Part shown: positions 56,857 through 64,000 of the stretch, one piece after another
Position numbering within the stretch: position 1 is the stretch's first letter
How the letters are laid out: each line of letters begins with the position of its first letter
Origin: a bacterium
GTDB lineage: Bacteria; Actinomycetota; Acidimicrobiia; Spongiisociales; Spongiisociaceae
Reading direction: 5' to 3'
Length of the DNA: 64,000 nt
Assembly (NCBI GenBank): GCA_026710435.1
Contig: JAPOQZ010000266.1
Span: 13,609 to 77,608, forward strand
Notes under the pieces: generated by a model
What the model saw: the letters and a program-made list of their open reading frames with translations, nothing else
Database searches by the model: none
Told to the model about the DNA's origin: nothing
Position numbers and translations under genes: made by a program

Positions 56857-59060
56857 GGATGGTAAGCCAGTTGCGCCAAGGCATAGGCATTGAGAACCAC
56901 GGGGTCGTTCCCCTCGACGACCGCTTCCCCCCAGGAGTCGAGGGCGGTCTCGTTAATGATGTCGAGCGCGCCGTCGAGGAACGGCAACCCGAATGAGCGG
57001 GCCAGTTCCTCGGCCGAGCCCCGATCCCACTCGGCTCGGGTGGTGAGCACCTCCAGCAGCTGCGAATGCGGCCTGTCCAGGCCTTCGATGATCGATCCCG
57101 GTTCCGGACCGTGTGAGTTCGACTCCGCCTCTGGTGGTAGATCGTCGTCCACGAAGATGTCGGTCAGCAGGCTCGCGACGCGGTTCGTCTCGGCGAGGCG
57201 GGCCTGGACTTTTTGGGGGTCCAGGGATACAGAACGGCGCCGCCCGGCGACCGAGCCGGCCTTGGGAAGTTCCCAGCGAGTGTCGGGCGCTCCCTCTCGA
57301 CCGGTGACCGGGCCGGTATCCCCCAAGTCGAGCGTATGGGCGCGGCTGTACAGGTGGGCTTCGTCGAGGCCCATGTGTTCGAACAACTTCTCCAGCATCG
57401 TGATCTCCTCGGGATTGACGGTCCCGTCAACTGCCGCCAGCTCGATCAGAAGACCCCCTACTCTCGGCAGATCGCCGGGCTCCATCGCCTTTACCCTTTT
57501 CTTGACTCCGTACACACGAGGTTTCCGGACACCGAGCAACGCCAGGTGTGCTCGCAACCTGAGCCGATCGGTGGCGTCCAGTCCGGGGATCCCCTCCAGA
57601 CGTTCGGCGAGAAACCGCTGCTCGGAGGGGTTGATCGTCCCGTCCGCGGCGGCCACCAGCGCACCCAGATAGACCAGTGACAGAGCGGCGCCGTACAGTG
57701 GAGTAGCTTTCGCGGGCGCACCCTCGGGAAGCGGGAACAGCACCGCTTGCGTACGGCGACCCGGCATGGGCGAACCGAAACGGACATCGGGTTCTATGCC
57801 CACTCCGATCTTGGCGAGTGTGGAAGCCAGGGCGAGGCCCTCGGTCTTGGTGAGTTTCTGGGTGCGGCCCGGCCACCAACGTTCCACCAGTTCATCGAGG
57901 AGGATCACTGACTTCCGGCCCCCGGCGAGTACCTCCGACGTCCAGGCGCGGAGATCATCGTGGACCGGACCGCCGCTCTCGGCGATGAGCACGTCGGGTA
58001 GCAGCCCGTGCGTGACCGGCGTCCCCACCCTGTCGGGGTAGCGTCCCACATAGCGGCTGTAGGAGTCCAGGTCATCGTCGCATTGTTCGGCCAACTCGTT
58101 CAGTTCGGTGATCAGCGCCGGCTCGAGCGCTACGTCAGGAATACCCTTGAGAGTGATGAACACTCCTCCGTCGAATCCGGGGGACGTCGCCCGGTAGGAG
58201 AGCCTGATCTTCCTGGCCGGCTTCGGTATCTGAAGACCATCTCCGAATCGCGCTCTGTATCGAAACCCGAACAGCTCGTCGAATTCGGCGGCAACGCGCT
58301 TGGACGGTGTTCGCAGCCGTCGCTCGGGATGGTGACGGAGGTAATGGAGAGCCCAACCGGCCGGGATGGGGGACCCCTTCGAGATACACTTGCCGATGCC
58401 GATCCGGATCGCTGCCGGAACGCCGAGCTTCACGCGACCGTCAACCCATGGGGAGGGCTGTACGTCGGTGTCGACCGACCGCACCCCCTCGATGAAGTCC
58501 AGCAGCTGACTGGCGCTCCGGGCGAATGAACGCTCCTTGTGATGGATGCCGAGGAGCCGTTCGATCTCGGCCAGGATCGTGGTGACCTCCGGAAGGTGGA
58601 GATCGGCGCCGAGGTCGGCGAACAGGCGCCGTTCGAGACCGTAGAAGAACAGCCACACGTAACCGATGGGAACCGACTTGTCACGGCGACCCCGGGCCAG
58701 CCACTTGAGATAGGCGGCGCGGGCGCGCGGGTTGGCCATTCTGTACGACGGGTTCTTGTTCACGGAAGCCCCGGTACGGTCCGGGGTTTTCCAGTGAACC
58801 GCAAGGTGAGGAACGATGAGGCTCGGCTCGGGTCCGCGTCCGTTCGCAGCCAGAGCGCCGTTACCGATGTAGACCATCCCGCCCTCGATCGAGCGGCCGG
58901 CCACGTCGATCCGTCCACCGGGAGGGACCCAGGTGGCCGGGCCTAGCCTGGATCGTCTCTCCGACCACCGGAGGTGGCCGCTGTCCCACCAGTAAGGCGT
59001 CGGACGGCCGGGCTCCGTGTTCCGTCCGGGACGGTTGGTCCTATGCCTGGGCCGGTTCAC
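56853..59060 (-). CDS. sngA: TerB_N-TerB-TerB_C protein, Shango SngA-like (distal copy)
   Basis: GTG behind an AGGGG RBS; same motif series (IEGGMVYIG, EPSLI, IGYVWLFFYGLERR, GIEPDVRFG, AADG.I..E, LDIINE). Confidence 0.85.
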   Translation of the reverse strand: MNRPRHRTNRPGRNTEPGRPTPYWWDSGHLRWSERRSRLGPATWVPPGGRIDVAGRSIEGGMVYIGNGALAANGRGPEPSLIVPHLAVHWKTPDRTGASVNKNPSYRMANPRARAAYLKWLARGRRDKSVPIGYVWLFFYGLERRLFADLGADLHLPEVTTILAEIERLLGIHHKERSFARSASQLLDFIEGVRSVDTDVQPSPWVDGRVKLGVPAAIRIGIGKCISKGSPIPAGWALHYLRHHPERRLRTPSKRVAAEFDELFGFRYRARFGDGLQIPKPARKIRLSYRATSPGFDGGVFITLKGIPDVALEPALITELNELAEQCDDDLDSYSRYVGRYPDRVGTPVTHGLLPDVLIAESGGPVHDDLRAWTSEVLAGGRKSVILLDELVERWWPGRTQKLTKTEGLALASTLAKIGVGIEPDVRFGSPMPGRRTQAVLFPLPEGAPAKATPLYGAALSLVYLGALVAAADGTINPSEQRFLAERLEGIPGLDATDRLRLRAHLALLGVRKPRVYGVKKRVKAMEPGDLPRVGGLLIELAAVDGTVNPEEITMLEKLFEHMGLDEAHLYSRAHTLDLGDTGPVTGREGAPDTRWELPKAGSVAGRRRSVSLDPQKVQARLAETNRVASLLTDIFVDDDLPPEAESNSHGPEPGSIIEGLDRPHSQLLEVLTTRAEWDRGSAEELARSFGLPFLDGALDIINETALDSWGEAVVEGNDPVVLNAYALAQLAYHP

Positions 59061-59423
59061 AATTCCCCTTTCAGGTGCCGTCTTCGGCCGGAGGGGAAGT
59101 GTCCGATCGGCATGCTGCCGCGAACGACCATTATGATAACGACATCCCACGACTCCGAAGAGTTTCAGGCCCCGCGAGGGTGCATCGCGAGGGTGCATAC
59201 TGTACGGATGCGTCGCAAAGGAGCGTGGATAGGTGCTCACTTGGGGTATCACCGAGGAGGCCAACTGCTGGGTCCGAGCGGATGAACAGGGGACATTCCA
59301 AGTGGAAACCGGAACTGTCTTTGCCGGGGACGGTCGCGGTTCTCCTATCCGCGCACCCTCTCAGATGACTGCACGCAGAGGATCACGTCGCCGAGGCGCT
59401 CGCCGACGCCCGATGAGCTTCCC

Positions 59424-60242
59424 GTGACCGGCATTACCAAGGAAATCGCTCTGTGGATCGAGACGATCCGTCCGGAGGCCATCGAGGACGGCACGCGTGG
59501 GGTTGTCTCCGGCTTGATCGACAGTGTCCTGACTACGACCGGCAAGCAGTGGGGTAACACCCGCCCGGATCCTGCTCCTTCCGGCGCCGACCCGTGCGGT
59601 TATGCCTACGCGTTGGCCTCCGGCCTGCGCGCAGATCCGCTGCCGGACCAGCATGCCCCCCTCATGGACCTCGCCGCGCCGGTAGTTGGAGCATCCCTCG
59701 CCACCGCGGCCCATCACCGCTGTTCGGGTGCATCGCTGGGCGCCTCCATTGTGGCCGGATGCGAGCTGGGTCTGATGCTGGCCGAGTTGGCGGGCGCGGG
59801 GGCTCCCCTCCTGTTCGCCCCGTTGGCGGCGCCCGCTGCTGCTGCGGCCGCCGCCAGAGTCCTCGATCTCCGTTCCGACCAACTCGTCTCGGCTGTCGGA
59901 ATCGGCGTGAGCAGTACGGTTGGCGCCGCCGTCACTACCGATGTTGCTTGGCAAGCGGGGAAGTCGGCTTCCAATGGGGTGCTGGCCGCCTTGCTGGCCA
60001 GCGAAGGCTTCACCGGCCCCCCGGATGCCATCGAGCATCCCCGCGGTCTTCTGGGAGCGGTCTTCAACGTCGGTTCCGCGGAAGGGAAGGCCACGTTCGG
60101 GAATCGGATAGCTGCCATGGGTCCGCTGGTTGCTTCGGCGCGACCGGACCCGGACATAGGAGCCGAGGTGGCCGGACTGTGGGAGTTGGAGAGGGCCGAT
60201 GCGTTGATTACCGCCGCGGTTCCGGACTGGAGACGACCGTGA
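59424..60242 (+). CDS. MmgE/PrpD N-terminal-domain-only protein
   Basis: APVVGASLA....SGASL...IVAGCE, QAGKSASNGVLAALLASEGFTGP..AIE..RG; lacks the C-terminal domain. Confidence 0.75.
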   Translation: MTGITKEIALWIETIRPEAIEDGTRGVVSGLIDSVLTTTGKQWGNTRPDPAPSGADPCGYAYALASGLRADPLPDQHAPLMDLAAPVVGASLATAAHHRCSGASLGASIVAGCELGLMLAELAGAGAPLLFAPLAAPAAAAAAARVLDLRSDQLVSAVGIGVSSTVGAAVTTDVAWQAGKSASNGVLAALLASEGFTGPPDAIEHPRGLLGAVFNVGSAEGKATFGNRIAAMGPLVASARPDPDIGAEVAGLWELERADALITAAVPDWRRP

Positions 60243-61573
60243 GCGCGGCCGCGGTTCTACCCGAGTTGGCGGACTTCGCTCTCGAACCCCTCGATCAGCC
60301 CGAGGATGTCCTCCACGCCGGTCGGCGCTCCCTGCTCAACGCCGTGGCGCTGGCGGTCGGAGCGGCCCGGCATCCTGCAGTCGAGGCTGCTTGTCGCGTG
60401 GTCTCGCGCCTCACGCGGAAGGCGGAGGCGTCGATTCCGGGCCGGCCTGATCGGGTGGAAGCAGAGTGGGCGGTCTTCGTGGGCGGAATAGCGGTACACG
60501 CCGAGGACTACGACGACACCCACCTGGCCACGGTCGTCCATCCCGGCGCGCCGGTAGTTCCTGCTGCACTCGCAGTATCCGAACTGTGCGGGAGCAGTGG
60601 GCGCGAGATGCTCGAGGCGGTGGTGATGGGGGTGGAGGTTGCGTGCCGGATGGGCCTCGGACTCGGGCCGGGTCACTTCGACCGCGGGTGGCACCTCACC
60701 GGCTCCACCGGCCGCTACGGCGCGGCTGCGGCCGCGGCTCGCCTGGCCGGGCTGGACGCGGCTGCGCTTGCCTCGGTCTGGGCCCGCTGCGCAGCCGAGA
60801 CGGCCGGGGTGCAGGCGGCGTTCGGCACCATGACCAAGCCGTACCATCCCGGCAAGGCCGCCTACGACGGGATCCTGGCCGTGCGGGATGCCCTGGACGC
60901 TCATCGGCCTCGTCCGATGAGCGCGGAGCAGGAGACAACTATGTTCCGCGCACTGGGTCCCGACCCGGATCCATCCAAGGTCATTGCCGGCCTCGGCGAG
61001 ACGTGGGAGATTGCGCGGAACACGTTCAAGCCCTATGCCTGCGGGATCGTGAGCCATCCGGTCATAGATGCGGCGGTCGAAGCCCGGACCCGCGGTGTGG
61101 ACGGGATCACTCGTGTCACGGTTACCGTCAACCCCATCGTGCTCGACGTGATGGGCGTCCAGGAACCCGCCAACGGCCTGGAGTCGAAGTTCAGCGTGTA
61201 CCACTGTGCAGCCATCGGTCTCCTCGACGGGATGGGAGGTCCTCCGCAATTCTCCGACGACCGGGTGAACTCTCCCGACACCGGCGCGCTCCGCCGTAAG
61301 GTCGATGTGGTCACCGACCAGAACATGGAGCGAGACGAGGCCCGCCTAGCGGTCGATCTGTCGGACGGGCGGCGGATCGACGTGACGATTGACCACGCAA
61401 GAGGGAGCGTCGAACGGCCGATGACCGACGAAGATCTCGCGTTCAAGGCTCGCGCCGTTATGCAGCCCGTCATCGGTGATGCCGCCGATGACCTCATCGA
61501 CATGGTGTATTCCGTCGAAGCCTACGGAGCGCGGGACATCACGCAGGTGGCTTCTGGAAGAGCTACGCGGTGA
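60239..61573 (+). CDS. MmgE/PrpD family protein
   Basis: HAEDYDDTH...HPG, FDRGWH.T, KPYHPG, FKPYACG...HP, KFS, RGS.ERPM; GTGA overlap. Confidence 0.92.
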   Translation: MSAAAVLPELADFALEPLDQPEDVLHAGRRSLLNAVALAVGAARHPAVEAACRVVSRLTRKAEASIPGRPDRVEAEWAVFVGGIAVHAEDYDDTHLATVVHPGAPVVPAALAVSELCGSSGREMLEAVVMGVEVACRMGLGLGPGHFDRGWHLTGSTGRYGAAAAAARLAGLDAAALASVWARCAAETAGVQAAFGTMTKPYHPGKAAYDGILAVRDALDAHRPRPMSAEQETTMFRALGPDPDPSKVIAGLGETWEIARNTFKPYACGIVSHPVIDAAVEARTRGVDGITRVTVTVNPIVLDVMGVQEPANGLESKFSVYHCAAIGLLDGMGGPPQFSDDRVNSPDTGALRRKVDVVTDQNMERDEARLAVDLSDGRRIDVTIDHARGSVERPMTDEDLAFKARAVMQPVIGDAADDLIDMVYSVEAYGARDITQVASGRATR

Positions 61574-62229
61574 ACGGAAACATCCAGGTCAGATCGGACC
61601 TCGCCGACAAGTGCTCACCCCCGGTTGCAGCCTTGGTGATAGTCGACATGGTGAACGACTTCGTACATCCTCAGGGTCTCACCGCCACGCGCAGCGGCCG
61701 CTCGGTTGACGCCGGTCGAGCTGCAATCGGGCCTATCGGCGAACTGGCGAGCGCGGCGCGATCGGCGGGTGTGCCGGTGGTGCATGTGCAGCACTCGACC
61801 CTGCCCGGGAACGCCAGCCACTCAGGGTCGTGGGTGGACGCTCGTGGACGGGCCACCTACAGCTCGCTCGACATCTGTCTCGACGGTACGTGGGGCCAGC
61901 AGGTGGTGGACGAACTGGCGCCCGAAGCGGGGGATCTGGTGGTCAAGAAGCATCGCTACAGCGGGTTCGCTCGCACCGAACTCGACGAATTGCTCAGGGA
62001 GCGGGGGACGGAGACCATAGTCGTTTGCGGGGTATCGACCAACGTATGCGTCGAGTCGACCGCCCGGCAGGGCTTCGACCTCGACTACTACGTGGTGATG
62101 CCAGAGGACGCCTGCGCCTCGTGGAACTCCCACTTGCATGGGGCGGCGCTGGAGACGGCCCGCCATCGCTATGCAGTGGTCTGCTCGGCGCCGGACGTGA
62201 TCTCGATATGGCAGGATTGGAGGCCATGA
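61570..62229 (+). CDS. Isochorismatase-family cysteine hydrolase (RutB-like)
   Basis: D-K-C triad: IVDMVNDF, KHRYSGF..T.L, GVSTNVCVESTAR. Confidence 0.92.
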   Translation: MNGNIQVRSDLADKCSPPVAALVIVDMVNDFVHPQGLTATRSGRSVDAGRAAIGPIGELASAARSAGVPVVHVQHSTLPGNASHSGSWVDARGRATYSSLDICLDGTWGQQVVDELAPEAGDLVVKKHRYSGFARTELDELLRERGTETIVVCGVSTNVCVESTARQGFDLDYYVVMPEDACASWNSHLHGAALETARHRYAVVCSAPDVISIWQDWRP

Positions 62230-63098
62230 GCAGATCAAGGATCCCCTTCGCCCAGTCCTGGAACCGGGGTCCGGTGGGACCTCCCGGCGGGAAGCCGGTC
62301 ATCGTTCACCTGGTCGTCAACCTGGAGTTGTGGCGTTTCGACGCCGCCCTGCCCAGGTCCTTGCTGCCCGCTCCCCATGGCGAGCCACGGATACCCGACG
62401 TGCCGAACTACTCGTGGGTCGAGTACGGTCTCCGCAGCGGTTTGCCGCGCATTATGAACCTGTTCGATACCTTCGGGGTGCCGGCGTCAGCCTCAGTCAA
62501 CTCCATGCTATTCGAGACTGAACCCGCCATCGGAGAACGGGTGGTAGCAGCCGGATGGGAGCTGGTCGGCCATGGAACCGAGCAGCGCTCCCTCGCCGCC
62601 GAGAGCGAGCACGACACTATTCGTACCACGCTCGACATGCTCGAAAGCTTCTCCGGAACGCGCCCGCGAGGGTGGCTCAGTCCGGGGCTCCAAGAGACGT
62701 TCGACAGTCCCGACCACCTGGTCGAGGCAGGTGTCGACTACGTCCTCGACTGGGCGGTAGACGACCTGCCTGTCTGGATGGATACCCGCCACGGGTCGCT
62801 GCTGGCCGTTCCCTACAACCTCGAGATCAACGACAGCCTCCTGTTCGGCGTCGAGAAACATCCCTCCAGGGAGTTCGTGGTCCGCCTCTCCGACACCCTC
62901 GATGTCTACGAGCAGGAGACACGGGCGGTTCCAAGGATCCTCAGCCTCGGACTGCATCCCCATATCATCGGGATCCCCCACCGTTTCAAGTACCTCGAGG
63001 AGGCTCTGAACATCCTGTCCGAACGATCCGATACCGTGTTCATGACCGGCTCCGCCATCAACGACTGGTACCGGTCCGCCGTGCCACCACCCTCGTAG
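62226..63098 (+). CDS. Polysaccharide deacetylase family protein (PuuE-like)
   Basis: VNLE.W, DVPNYSW.EYGLR.G, WELVGHG, RPRGWLSPG, DDLP, PY..EIND, LHPHIIG.PHR. Confidence 0.88.
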   Translation: MSRSRIPFAQSWNRGPVGPPGGKPVIVHLVVNLELWRFDAALPRSLLPAPHGEPRIPDVPNYSWVEYGLRSGLPRIMNLFDTFGVPASASVNSMLFETEPAIGERVVAAGWELVGHGTEQRSLAAESEHDTIRTTLDMLESFSGTRPRGWLSPGLQETFDSPDHLVEAGVDYVLDWAVDDLPVWMDTRHGSLLAVPYNLEINDSLLFGVEKHPSREFVVRLSDTLDVYEQETRAVPRILSLGLHPHIIGIPHRFKYLEEALNILSERSDTVFMTGSAINDWYRSAVPPPS

Positions 63099-63114
63099 CG
63101 AAAGGAAGGTGCCC

Positions 63115-63432
63115 ATGAGCGTCGTGAAGATCAACGCCATAACGGTGCCCGAAGGGATGGGGCCTGAAATCGAGAAGCGTTTCGCGGGAAATGCCCGCCA
63201 GGTCGAGACGGTGGAAGGCTTCGAGGGATTCGAACTCCTTCGGCCCGCGGACGGCGGTGATCGCTACTTCGTGTACACGAGATGGCGCTCTGAGGAGGAC
63301 TTCCGGCGCTGGATGAGTAGCGAGCGGTTCGCCAGAGGGCACGCACAGTCGGACCGTTCCTCCGGCCGACCTCCAGTAGCGACGGCGTCCGAACTCCTAT
63401 CCTTCGAAGTAGTCGAGTTGGTACGACCATAG
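63115..63432 (+). CDS. mhuD: ABM-family monooxygenase, MhuD-like heme oxygenase
   Basis: MSVVKINAI.VP.G.GPE.EKRFA...V...GF.GFELLRP..G..RYFV.T.W.S.E.F..W...HA...PVAT...LL.FEVV closely follows recalled mycobacterial MhuD. Confidence 0.8.
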   Translation: MSVVKINAITVPEGMGPEIEKRFAGNARQVETVEGFEGFELLRPADGGDRYFVYTRWRSEEDFRRWMSSERFARGHAQSDRSSGRPPVATASELLSFEVVELVRP

Positions 63433-63437
63433 GATTC

Positions 63438-63501
63438 GCGGTTCCGTAGCGACTGAGCGCAGCGTGAACGTGCCTAGCGCTGACTCTTCATGTTTCCAGA
63501 C
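63438..63501 (+). repeat. Repeat C tail followed by a truncated MITE-B left end
   Basis: GCGGTTCC..GCGACTGAGCGCAGCGTGAAC, then CTAG-CGCTGACTCTTCATGTTTCCAGAC (compare 7265-7292). Confidence 0.6.
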
Positions 63502-63521
63502 TTACCGGGAGGGCCAGGTTC

Positions 63522-64000
63522 CTACGGCTTGGCGATTCCCAGCAGGGCTAGCAGGGCCACCAGGGACCAGATGGTGAACACGAAGGGGTAGCTGCGGCGC
63601 ATGGCCGAGCGGAGGGTGTCGTTGACTTCCGGACTCGGTCCGTCGGACACGAGTTGGGCGAAAGCCGGCCCGAAGGGTTTGAGGGTGAGGCGGATCCCGG
63701 CGCCCGAAGCGACGATGATGCCGAAGAGGCCGATCTTCAGGGCGAGCCAGTTCTCGCTGAACGGTGCGTCCGTGATCAAGGACACGAGACCCGTGGCGAT
63801 CAGGACCAACACGAGGATCGCCCTGAACCACACGTCGAAACGCTCCGCGGTCCGGCCCGGCACGGTTCCGGTCTTGAAACGGATGTACCAGGTCAGACCC
63901 AGCCAGGCCAGTCCCAGTACCCACACCAGCCCGAGCCAGACGCCGGTGATCGGGGAGATCCCGGTCGCGGCAGCGAGCGAGAAACCGATCGGCAGCATCA
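63522..64000 (-). CDS. Uncharacterised multi-pass membrane protein (5' end outside the window)
   Basis: WLALKIGLF..I..SG.GIR...G..PE....L......FV..IW shared with 18809-19543. Confidence 0.75.
   Translation of the reverse strand, partial: MLPIGFSLAAATGISPITGVWLGLVWVLGLAWLGLTWYIRFKTGTVPGRTAERFDVWFRAILVLVLIATGLVSLITDAPFSENWLALKIGLFGIIVASGAGIRLTLKPFGPAFAQLVSDGPSPEVNDTLRSAMRRSYPFVFTIWSLVALLALLGIAKP

Noticed and set aside
4348-63501. CRISPR array or integron attC interpretation of the recurring repeats
   Set aside because: The repeats are dispersed, in both orientations, have terminal inverted repeats with 4-bp duplications, and have no regular spacers, cas genes or integrase.

Overview
High-GC actinobacterial-type window (Acidimicrobiia-like by gene content; this is an inference). 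Most of it is a large, paralog-rich catabolic or redox region of unknown substrate. It holds 4 VOC proteins, 2 DUF4437-like cupins, 3 alpha/beta-hydrolase genes with an unusual G-x-H-T-G elbow, 2 MBL-fold hydrolases, 2 amidohydrolases, 2 LLM oxidoreductases, several flavoproteins, 3 MmgE/PrpD proteins, an isochorismatase, a PuuE-like deacetylase, an MhuD-like protein and peptide-type ABC components. Accessory or defence modules are interspersed: a Fic gene flanked by MITEs, a type II-like R-M pair, and a Shango-type TerB/ATPase/Lhr-helicase operon with a duplicated TerB gene. Features the ORF track misses include a CxxU AhpD/CMD selenoprotein candidate with a downstream SECIS-like hairpin (39509-40087), two MITE families (about 99 bp and about 200 bp, 6 copies each), a third short repeat, and an Lrp/AsnC regulator interrupted by a MITE. 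No rRNA, tRNA or CRISPR array was recognised. All family assignments come from motif recognition by eye, not from database searches.
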